Shown piece after piece: positions 10,189 to 18,859 of a stretch of DNA of 64,000 nt. The position numbers and the translations under genes were made by a program. This DNA is from an uncultured Gemmatimonadales bacterium (lineage in GTDB: Bacteria > Gemmatimonadota > Gemmatimonadetes > Gemmatimonadales > Gemmatimonadaceae), in the NCBI GenBank assembly GCA_963850905.1, contig CAWKMU010000003.1, positions 1,824,001 through 1,888,000 of the forward strand. Reading direction: 5' to 3'. Below the pieces are notes generated by a model that was given only the letters and a program-made list of their open reading frames with translations, ran no database searches and had not been told where the DNA came from. The first letter of the stretch is position 1. The number at the start of each line of letters is the position of its first letter.

Positions 10189-11512
10189 ATGAGCAACAAG
10201 GTCAGAGCATTCGTCGCGGCGGTAGTCGTAGGAGCTGCTTGCGGACTAGCTGCACTGATTGCCGGCGGAGATCCCATCACAGTCCGCTCGGCGCAGGCCG
10301 CGGCATGTTTTGCATGCCTTGGAATACTTGCACAATTCCTTTCGTATAGCGTGGACGGGAAGCGAGCCTCCACGGTTCTGCTCATACCGTATCTGTCGAC
10401 CATCTGACTTGGCGCCCACTTGGGTCGCGCTCGCGGCCATCGGCGGAGTTGCAACCGTCGGCGCAGTCATCATGAAGAGGTCTGCACTGAAAAGCACCTT
10501 CAATGTCTGCAAGACATTGCTAAGTGGCGCCCTTGCGATCGCGGTATATCGGGCTTTAGGCGGCACGGCGTGGTTAGTGCGATTCGACTTTAACTGGTTC
10601 GCTTACGTCGGGGCATACGCAACGTACCTGCTGGTCAACAACCTCCTTGTTGCGACCTTTCTGCGCCTTCAGGATGACGAGAGCCTGATCGGCGTCTTGC
10701 TGAGGTGGCCGGGAAGCTCGCTCGTTTATGACCTCCTGATGATTCCGATGGCGTATCTGTTTGCCGTCGTGTACCTCAGATTTGGTCCACTCGGAGCAAT
10801 GGCACTGGGGCTTCCCCTGCTGGCGGTTCGACAGCTTTACAAGACGAACTGGCAACTCGTCCGCGTGAACCAAGAGCTGCTTGAACTCATGGTCGCGGCG
10901 ATTGAGGCGCGAGACCCTTATACGTCGGGTCATTCGAGGCGAGTGGCGCGAAACGCCCGCATCATCGGACGCGCGCTGGGCCTTTCATCACGCGATGTGG
11001 ATCGTGTTGCGATCGCAGGTCTTCTTCACGACGTAGGCAAGATTCATGAGGTGTTCGCGCCGCTTCTGAGGAAGCCCGGCAAGCTCTCGCCTGAAGAGCG
11101 CTTGACGATGGAAACGCATCCCATCAAGAGCGCGGAGCTTGTGCAAAACGTATCGCATCTAGGCGATCTGGTTGCGGTGATCCGAAACCATCACGAAAAC
11201 TGGGATGGGACGGGCTATCCTGATGGACTAGGAGGAGAGGAAATTCCCCTTTTGTCTCGAATCATCATGATCGCCGATACGGTCGACGCGATGACAACCG
11301 ACCGACCCTACCGCGCCGCGATGGGAGAAGCGGAGGTTCGCGCAGAGCTACTCAGACTAAGCGGGAAGCAGTTTGATCCCGTGATGTGCGAGAAGCTTTT
11401 GGCGAGCACTCTCTACCCATCTTTGTTTGAGCGCCAATTAGCGAAGACGCCAGGCGAGATCCATTTGCTCCGCCGGCGAAGCCTTGGGGTGCGGGCGGCG
11501 ACGGGTTCGTAA
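10189..11512 (+). CDS. Membrane-bound HD-GYP cyclic-di-GMP phosphodiesterase with multi-TM N-terminal sensor; +1 frameshift near 10400-10410
   Basis: ORF 10189-10407 (TM helices) joins ORF ending at 11512; ARDPYTSGHSRRV, LLHDVGKI, HHENWDGTGYPDGL and DRPYR motifs. Confidence 0.9.
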
Positions 11513-11647
11513 GAGAAACGCCCGATCAGGCTTTGGGCAACGTGGAGGTTGCGTGTTCAAACCCAACGCATCCTCGGACCGTCACACTGCTTTCTCTCGC
11601 TTGGGGCAGCCAACTCGACGCAATACAACCCACCTGTGCCGAGTCAC

Positions 11648-14600
11648 CTACTGAAGAGCCTTGGCTAGAAACTTGGGCAAGGGTGAGCGCTCGCGCCGCT
11701 CGAACTCGACATAGTGCTGCAACAGCTTGATTGCCTTCTCACTTTCGCCTGACCTGTCACGAAGTGCCCACATTGCATACGCGGCAAAGTCCTGTCGGCC
11801 GGTTCTACTAGCGTGCCTGAAGGCGGTCTCAAACTCTTGCCTGTGGTGAAACTCCTCACCCGCGGCGAGTTGTGAAGTTGCCAGGATGGCGTAAGCTGCG
11901 CTCCTGAAGCGGAAGCATGACAGGTCGGCCCATCCGGCATAGTCGCGAAAGTCCTTCAGCGCCTCGTCACTCGGTCGGTCCTCTAGCAAACCAATTTGCG
12001 CCTGTGTGGCGTGGTACCTGCCGATCCTGGTTTCGCCATCCGGTGGGGCTGAGACTTCCTGACAAGCCGCTATCCAATCCTTTGCCGCTTCGAAGTTGCC
12101 CTCCTGAAAATAGCTCTTGAACAGACCTTCGGTGGCGGTGACTGCGGCACCGACGAGACCACACTCAGTGGCTATAGCCCGTTCTTCGGCCTGTAGGAGT
12201 CGAGCGCTCGTCAAGTCACCGAGGTAGACAAGGGGGGCTGACGCGTATTTGAGGGCTCGAATCAACTCGGTGACATTGTTGCTTCGTCTGCCCAGTGTGA
12301 CTAGGGCGCGTCCGGCCGCTACGCCCGCCTCCAAATCTCCGAAGATCGAGTGATAGAGGATTTCCGCCGTCAACTGGTGCTGTAGCAACTCATCTCCCCC
12401 ACCGACCAACTGTTTTACAACCAAGTGAGCCTCGGTTGCAGCTTGGGAGTCAGGGAGATTGAAGGCGAGCGACTGCGCCAACACACCTGCTTGGGCTCGG
12501 TGAAGTGGTGAGGCTTTGACACTCCGCACGCACCGCATCAACTTGCGCAACAATTCGTCGCCTTGACCGGTTGCGTACCATTTGGCTTCGAGAACGGCCA
12601 GTTCGGTGTCGTCATGCTCATGCTCGATTGGGTGACCGTCGGCGTTTTCACTGGCTGTCTCGGAAGCGACGCACAGCATCCTGTGCCACATTTGCGCTTC
12701 ACGAAGGCACACTATTAGTCCGCTGCGGATCTGTCTTTCACGCTCAGGATTCAGCGGCGTCAACTCGCGGGCGCGCTCCCAAATCGCGATCGCCTCGTTC
12801 GCAAAACCAAGCTGTAGGGCGTGGTCCGCGCACTTGGACATCAGCCTTGCCGCCGCCTCGACTTTGCGGGCTGCCCTGAGATGCTCGGCGCTGTCCCAGA
12901 GCAGCGACCCGTAATTCGTCGGCGTCAGATCCGCCTCGAGCACCTGGCCGATTCGCTCGTGCAGGAATTGGCCTGCCGTCGGGGAGAGCGATGCGAGCGC
13001 GGCCTCGGACAGCAGATCGTGCTTCGCATAGACAGCCTCGCCGTCGCACTTGAGGACCGATTGCGCGTCTAGGGCCTCCAATGCGTCGAGGACGTCGAGG
13101 CGGCGAAGATCGAGCACGCGCTCGAGCCGGTCCAGGGTGGAGTTCTTGCCGAGCAACGCACACACCTGCAGCACGCGCAAGGATTTTGGCGAGAGTTGCG
13201 AAAGCCTGCCGTCGATCGCCGCCAAGATCGACTGCGGGGGCGATTTCGTCGCCCCCTTCATGGCCCAGTGCGCCGCGAGCTCGCGCAGGAAATATGGGTT
13301 GCCCTCCGCGAGGCTGGCGTATCGCTCCACGACGTCGCGAGCGGGTGGTGCCGCACTGGAACCGGTCAGGGCGGCGAAGTGCTCGACAGACTCTGCATGC
13401 GACAGCGGGAGCACTTCCTGTAGCTGGAGTCCCGGCACAACGCCGCCAAGCACACCGTCCGGTGCAGGCGGCGTGCGTCCCGCGAGGAGCACCATGAGGC
13501 GGCGGTGAGCCGAGCGCCCGACCAATTCCCGAATCAGCTCCGTCGAATACGTGTCCATCCAATGAGCGTCGTCCACGACGATGAGGAGCGTGGTCTCCTC
13601 ACAGATTGCATCGATCAGCTCGAGCAGCGCCTGCCTGACGGCGGCGCATGCCGCTGGTGCGTCCGCTGCCTCCACCTGTAGTTGCTCGAGAAATCGGTTG
13701 CTGGGCTCGCGGGGGTGGCTCAGGCACAACAGATATTGGCGCGATCGCGGCGCGCATCCCAGCGCGCCCGGCATATCGAGGAGACCGTGTATGAGGTCGC
13801 AGAACACTGACAACGGTCGGCTGGAATCGCTGCGCTGACTCACCGTCCTCTGAATGCGCACGCCATCGAGCGCGGCCACCCGTGCGACCTCCAGCGCCAC
13901 TCTGCTCTTGCCGATGCCAGCGGGCCCCCAGAGGTAACAGATGTTGCCGCGTCCCGATTTGGCCGAGCGCAACTGGGTGGTCAGCCATGTCAGCGTTGAC
14001 TCCCGTCCGACCAGTGGGGACGCGGGCCCGGGTTCGTACGCCTGCGGCAAGCGTTCAGTAATCCGCTTTCGCAGGATCGTCGCTGGCAGGCGAATCTCAT
14101 TGGGGGCCGCACCCAGTTCGGACGTGTAGCGGTCGAGGATGGAGATGGCCTCGAGCTTGTTGCCGACCAGCGCGGTCGATTCCGCCAACGCGAGCGTCGC
14201 TTCTTCGTTGAACGGATCGAGCTCCAGACACCTTCGGGCAGCGTCGGCGGCTTCAGGCCACCGATTCAGTCGTCTGAACGTCGATGCATCTCGCAGCAAC
14301 GAGAGCCGGAGCCGCGAGTGCACGCCGCTCCGGACTCGGTCGAGCCATTCGGCAAACGCGGGGGAGAAATTCGGCGCGTAGCCTGGTAAGAATCCCCGCG
14401 CCGCGCGGGCGGGGGTCGGTGTCGCCGAGAGGTCGCCCTCGTAGTCCAGCCACACCATGCTTGCGGGAAGGCGCAGGTGACTCGGCGCATGTTCGAGCGG
14501 AAAACCCAGAGACCTGAGAACGTAGGCGAGGTGGCGCAGGGAATGTCGCGCTTTGGACTCGGGAAACTGCGGCCAGAACAGCTCCGCAAGATGTTGCCGG

Positions 14601-14740
14601 CCCAAGTCGGCATCGCGCTCGATCGCGAGGTACAACGCGAACGCGAAACGCATCTCCGCCTCCGGGCACACACGCGTTGCTCCGACTTCGACAACGCACC
14701 TGCCCATCGACCACAGACGGACCCGAGGGTGTGATGCCAT
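11648..14740 (-). CDS. Large regulator: winged-helix/BTAD (SARP-like) N-terminus, AAA (STAND-type) ATPase, TPR-like C-terminus
   Basis: ARHSLRHLAYVLR and LELDPFNEEA (BTAD); Walker A GPAGIGKS; Walker B LIVVDDAHW; AEGNPYFLREL. Confidence 0.85.
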   Translation of the reverse strand: MASHPRVRLWSMGRCVVEVGATRVCPEAEMRFAFALYLAIERDADLGRQHLAELFWPQFPESKARHSLRHLAYVLRSLGFPLEHAPSHLRLPASMVWLDYEGDLSATPTPARAARGFLPGYAPNFSPAFAEWLDRVRSGVHSRLRLSLLRDASTFRRLNRWPEAADAARRCLELDPFNEEATLALAESTALVGNKLEAISILDRYTSELGAAPNEIRLPATILRKRITERLPQAYEPGPASPLVGRESTLTWLTTQLRSAKSGRGNICYLWGPAGIGKSRVALEVARVAALDGVRIQRTVSQRSDSSRPLSVFCDLIHGLLDMPGALGCAPRSRQYLLCLSHPREPSNRFLEQLQVEAADAPAACAAVRQALLELIDAICEETTLLIVVDDAHWMDTYSTELIRELVGRSAHRRLMVLLAGRTPPAPDGVLGGVVPGLQLQEVLPLSHAESVEHFAALTGSSAAPPARDVVERYASLAEGNPYFLRELAAHWAMKGATKSPPQSILAAIDGRLSQLSPKSLRVLQVCALLGKNSTLDRLERVLDLRRLDVLDALEALDAQSVLKCDGEAVYAKHDLLSEAALASLSPTAGQFLHERIGQVLEADLTPTNYGSLLWDSAEHLRAARKVEAAARLMSKCADHALQLGFANEAIAIWERARELTPLNPERERQIRSGLIVCLREAQMWHRMLCVASETASENADGHPIEHEHDDTELAVLEAKWYATGQGDELLRKLMRCVRSVKASPLHRAQAGVLAQSLAFNLPDSQAATEAHLVVKQLVGGGDELLQHQLTAEILYHSIFGDLEAGVAAGRALVTLGRRSNNVTELIRALKYASAPLVYLGDLTSARLLQAEERAIATECGLVGAAVTATEGLFKSYFQEGNFEAAKDWIAACQEVSAPPDGETRIGRYHATQAQIGLLEDRPSDEALKDFRDYAGWADLSCFRFRSAAYAILATSQLAAGEEFHHRQEFETAFRHASRTGRQDFAAYAMWALRDRSGESEKAIKLLQHYVEFERRERSPLPKFLAKALQ

Positions 14741-14875
14741 TTGTTTGGACGTGTGAAAACAGGCGGCAATGCGTGCTTAACCTAGGGGCACCGGCGTCAT
14801 CGAAGCGTCATCCAGCGACTCCACTATGGTCGAATCACCTCCCGGCCGAAACGAGCAGGCGCCGCTGCTCGCAGT

Positions 14876-15919
14876 TTAATGTGCCTTCGACACGCTGGCC
14901 GCCGCCATGGCCGGTGACTGCGCGGGCAGTGGACCGTGTCCGGCAACCGGTGTCGTCGCGCCGGAAGCGCCTGTGGTGAGCGTGAACTTCGACGTGTCCG
15001 CACCCTTGGCCACGAGCTGCTGACGCACCATGGCGAGGTAGGCTTGCTGACCAGCGGCACTGGAGCCGTATCCCAGGCCCGCTGGCGGGGCGCCGATGTT
15101 GTACGAGCGGGCGCTGGAGCTCGCGTTGATCATCTTTGCCAACGAGGCGACCTGGCTCTGGGACCCCGGGCTCAGCGCCCCGTTTGCGCCCTTCGCGAGA
15201 CTGAAGTTCTTCACCAACATCGACGCCATCGTCATGCCCGTCGCGATCTCGACGACCTGGAGGCCGTGGTCTTTTACGAGGCCTACGACGAACTTCCCGA
15301 ACCCCTTGTGCTCCTTGACCGCCGTGTCGAGCGTGGCTGGCGAGGTCGTGGTGACGACCGGTCCAGGCCCGCTGGCTACGACGACGGGCGGACGTGCCTC
15401 CAACGCGTCGTACTTGATCGTCATACGCCCTGGCCGACCCGCGGTGTCACCCGCATGGCCCTTGAGGGAGAGGTCCTTGATCGATGCGGCGTGCAGGAAA
15501 TAGGACGCGGCGGGTGAGCCGTCGGGGCGGATGAGCGCGATCGACCCCTCGAGAAGGCAGGCCTCGCCCTTCTTGTCCTTCACGCATTTCTGATTGTCCG
15601 CGAGGCGAGAAGTGACCGAGTCGGGAGTCGCTGGGAGCTCGACGACGAACTCCCCAGGCTTGGGGACTAGCGCAGCTGGCGCGCTCGCCGCCATCCCCGG
15701 CGCCGACGGGGTTGGTGCGACGGCAGGGCCGGGAAGGTCTTTTGGCATCGTGGCGACGCGGACGTTGGCGAGCATCACTGGCTGCCCAGCTATCGTCAGA
15801 CCAATCGTGGCCTGTTCGGGCGACGCTTTCCGGGGGCCGGCCTGTGCTTCAAGGAGGGACACCGGTGCGGTGAGGCACAGCGCGCCGAGTACCAGCGCCA
15901 GGGGCAGGGTGCGGGACAT
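14876..15919 (-). CDS. Secreted hypothetical protein (possible tube/Hcp-like domain plus degenerate OmpA-C-like domain)
   Basis: Signal peptide MSRTLPLALVLGALCLTAPVSLLEAQ with GGAGGG RBS; domain guesses by eye only. Confidence 0.65.
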   Translation of the reverse strand: MSRTLPLALVLGALCLTAPVSLLEAQAGPRKASPEQATIGLTIAGQPVMLANVRVATMPKDLPGPAVAPTPSAPGMAASAPAALVPKPGEFVVELPATPDSVTSRLADNQKCVKDKKGEACLLEGSIALIRPDGSPAASYFLHAASIKDLSLKGHAGDTAGRPGRMTIKYDALEARPPVVVASGPGPVVTTTSPATLDTAVKEHKGFGKFVVGLVKDHGLQVVEIATGMTMASMLVKNFSLAKGANGALSPGSQSQVASLAKMINASSSARSYNIGAPPAGLGYGSSAAGQQAYLAMVRQQLVAKGADTSKFTLTTGASGATTPVAGHGPLPAQSPAMAAASVSKAH

Positions 15920-16062
15920 TGTAGATCCCTCCGAATGTGTGATGGGACACCGGCACGACCGCGCGACGCGAGGCACAGACGCGTCTATCCGGTGAACGTC
16001 GGAGGAGAACCGATCCTCTCAGTCGGACGCTTTCGCGGCCGGGACTGTGATGGCAACAAGCA

Positions 16063-16090
16063 GTAGGGGCGCCGCAGCTGCGGCGCCCCC
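16063..16090. repeat. Single GTAG-type REP-like palindrome GTAGGGGCGCCGCAGCTGCGGCGCCCC
   Basis: Perfect palindrome preceded by GTAG; same architecture as the 3934-4071 arms. Confidence 0.6.
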
Positions 16091-16097
16091 GTCTCGA

Positions 16098-17612
16098 CTA
16101 TCTCGCCTCGAGGACGGCCGGTGGCGTCCAGCTGCCGTCGAGGACCCCCACCTGCGGCCAATACGCCCGGAGGTACAGGGAGAATGCGCGCCCCTCAGGC
16201 GACGGCAACCAGTTGGCGCGACGGTCGTCGCTCGGTGGATCGGGCTGCACGTAAATGGTCAGCGAGCCGTCCGCGCCGAATTTCAGGGGCTTGTTCTTCG
16301 TGCCGACCGAATAGCGTTTGATGGGATTGGGGACGAAGAAGTGCTGCTCGTCGTACAGCGTCAGCGACCAGAACCCGTTGACCGGCGGTGTCTCGCCCCT
16401 CGCAAACGTCACGGTGTACTTCCGCGCCCCATTCAGCCGCTCGCCGCGCTCATCGAGATCCTGATAGTAGTACGTGGTCTCGCTCGGTGAATTCACGAAG
16501 ATGTTCGATCTCGCCACCGCGGTGCGCGTGAAGTAGTCGGTCCCGAACGCCGCTCCGTTGGAGATCGTGCTCCAGTGGTGCGGCAGCTGTTCGCCGAAGT
16601 TGCGGAACTGGAGCAGTGAATCCACGATCGTGGCGTCCGCGTCGACCGCGGCTTTGACCATCGCCGCCTTGAGTTTGGGGTCACCCTTGGCCGCTGTCAG
16701 CACTGCCAACAGCTGCGCGTACTGCGCTTCCTCCCCGCGCATCGGCGACGCATCCGCGAGGACCGCCCCGAGCTCGTCGAAGAATGTCTCTGGCCTCACC
16801 CACCTCACTTCTCCGGGACCGCTCGTCTCGCCGGGCCCAGTGGGGATCGCACTCCAATCCATGCTCTTCATGGTTCCGTCGTACTCGGCCAGCGGATACA
16901 TCATGATCTGGCGCAGCGGTGGCTGAATCGCCTGCTTGTCATCCGCCGTGTCGTCCTGAAACACGCGCGGCGCTACGAAGCCGGTGTTAGTCGGTGAGTG
17001 GAAGGCGCCCGTAATTCCCTTTGGGAGGTCGCCGCCTTGCCAATTGGGGCCGACGAGGAGGTAAAAGCCAGCCCGAGTCCCATACATCTTGCCGAGTTGC
17101 ACGAAGCTGTCCGTGCGCACATCCACGATCTGGTAGACCCAGAAGCGACTGCCGAAGTCCGGTACCTGGATGACTACGGGCGACAGGTCCAGTCCGAGTA
17201 GGCCCGCTCCATACACGACGTCCTGATTCGGGCAGGCGACGATCCGCTCTTCCGGGTCCACATAGTCGGTGAGCATCCCTAGTCGGTTCAGCGGCGCCGA
17301 TGGCACAGGGCCAGCGCGCATGATCTCTGGCACTTTGGCGAGCGCCAGTCGCCGGTTGTAGACGTTCACCATGGGCCACGCCCAGAAATAGGCGTCGCGA
17401 GCCACGAGCGCCGCATAGCCCTCCGTGATCTTGACGCGGAGATCAGGCCCCGGCGGCAGCGCGGTCGTGCTGGGCTTTGCCATGCGGTCGACCGTCTTGT
17501 CGGCGCGAGCGGGCGCTCCAGGAAGCGGCACTTCGCGCTCCAGTGGCGGGCCGCCCACGGGCGGCGTCGCGGGCCGTCTACTCGGCTCGGGTGTTCTCGG
17601 TTCGGTGTCCAT
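16098..17612 (-). CDS. DUF1254/DUF1214 domain protein
   Basis: AYFWAWPMVN, VACPNQDVVYG, PPVNGFWSLTLYD, NWLPSP and LYLRAYWP motifs. Confidence 0.88.
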   Translation of the reverse strand: MDTEPRTPEPSRRPATPPVGGPPLEREVPLPGAPARADKTVDRMAKPSTTALPPGPDLRVKITEGYAALVARDAYFWAWPMVNVYNRRLALAKVPEIMRAGPVPSAPLNRLGMLTDYVDPEERIVACPNQDVVYGAGLLGLDLSPVVIQVPDFGSRFWVYQIVDVRTDSFVQLGKMYGTRAGFYLLVGPNWQGGDLPKGITGAFHSPTNTGFVAPRVFQDDTADDKQAIQPPLRQIMMYPLAEYDGTMKSMDWSAIPTGPGETSGPGEVRWVRPETFFDELGAVLADASPMRGEEAQYAQLLAVLTAAKGDPKLKAAMVKAAVDADATIVDSLLQFRNFGEQLPHHWSTISNGAAFGTDYFTRTAVARSNIFVNSPSETTYYYQDLDERGERLNGARKYTVTFARGETPPVNGFWSLTLYDEQHFFVPNPIKRYSVGTKNKPLKFGADGSLTIYVQPDPPSDDRRANWLPSPEGRAFSLYLRAYWPQVGVLDGSWTPPAVLEAR

Positions 17613-17746
17613 CCGGGGACAATTGGTCCGCCAGTGGGATCGTCGACAGTGGACCTTGGTCCGGCCCCTCGGCGCCGTGTGTTCGATCCTCGACGCGGGT
17701 CCTCGAGCCCTCGAGTAGCAGTAGCTGATTTGCTCGGGCGACTTGC

Positions 17747-18574
17747 CTAGTGCGTGACCGTGAGCCCGATGACCGGTGCGGTCTGATGCACGAATGTGCC
17801 GCGCACGGTGTAGCTCCCCGGTGTGAGGTCGACGAAGTCGGGGATCGCAGGCTGGACATCGAAGACGTAGCGCCTCGTCGAGCCGGCCGAGCCCGCCGGC
17901 GCGAATGCCACGGTCGTATCCGAGTTCGACGTCCCCTCACCGCCACCCGTTCCACTGAACTCGAATCCGACCCATGGCAAATTCGCAGGCACCGCGACCC
18001 GCACCGCGCGGGGTTCCGGATTGGTGACATTCACCGTCACGGTGAACAGGCCGCTGTCGCGGCTCAGCGATATGGTGTTTGGCTCCAGCAGCGTCGTGAT
18101 GGTCATGTCCGTCGGCCGCACGATCGGGGCTGTGGTCGAGGTATCCGGCGGCCCGCCGGCGTCCCGCACGCAGCCTTCGACACACAACACGATGTCGCCG
18201 CAGGATTCGAGGAAGGCACCGCGCGGGTGACCACCGGCTTGCAACAGCGCGTGCAGCATCTCGTGGCGGACCAGGTCTCCATCGTCGACGTAGTCGGCCG
18301 CAATCACGATGCGGTTGCCCGCCGAATACCAGGCCCCTGCGACCGACTGGCCCTCGAGATTGAACGACGCGGCGCCAGGAAGGAGGTACCACCGGACGGC
18401 TGCGAAGTCCCCGACCTGACCGGAGCAGCCCTCCGTGAGTTGCCACCACGAGGCGTAAATGGCTGGCGGTACGTAAGCGACGACCCCCGACGGGGGGCCC
18501 ATGTCCGCGCACCCGGCGGCAAACACGCCGAGGAGGAGTCCGGCCCGAAAGCGGCGCACCGTCGCCTGCACCAC
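17747..18574 (-). CDS. Hypothetical lipoprotein with HEXXH motif
   Basis: Lipobox FAAGC; LVRHEMLHALL; C-terminal Ig-like beta strands. Confidence 0.7.
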   Translation of the reverse strand: MVQATVRRFRAGLLLGVFAAGCADMGPPSGVVAYVPPAIYASWWQLTEGCSGQVGDFAAVRWYLLPGAASFNLEGQSVAGAWYSAGNRIVIAADYVDDGDLVRHEMLHALLQAGGHPRGAFLESCGDIVLCVEGCVRDAGGPPDTSTTAPIVRPTDMTITTLLEPNTISLSRDSGLFTVTVNVTNPEPRAVRVAVPANLPWVGFEFSGTGGGEGTSNSDTTVAFAPAGSAGSTRRYVFDVQPAIPDFVDLTPGSYTVRGTFVHQTAPVIGLTVTH

Positions 18575-18859
18575 GCGGCACCTCGATGGAGAAAATCGAA
18601 CTGGCTGCGCCCTCGCCCGTCTGCGGAGATCGCGCCAGCGCTCGCTCGACTTGGATGCGGGGCGCCGATGTTGTTGATCTGCGTCGAGTTGCGATAGCCG
18701 CTCTACATCAAGGCCGCGCGAATCGACCCCCCGGTGTGATGCAGGCCTGCCACGTTCCGACGCTCAGTCACGCCACACCACCAGGTCCGTGTGGCGAAGC
18801 TGCTCGGGGTCGCTCGTGTCCTCTGGAAGGGTCGCGCTCGAGGGATAAGTTCTATAGGC

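Noticed and set aside
713..11512. Pseudogene calls for the kinase, sigma-54 activator and HD-GYP genes
   Set aside because: Isolated +1 indels, several in G runs, with all catalytic motifs intact; more consistent with sequencing error
11513..11647. Second peptide gene between the HD-GYP and BTAD genes
   Set aside because: Only short frames without a convincing RBS or peptide character
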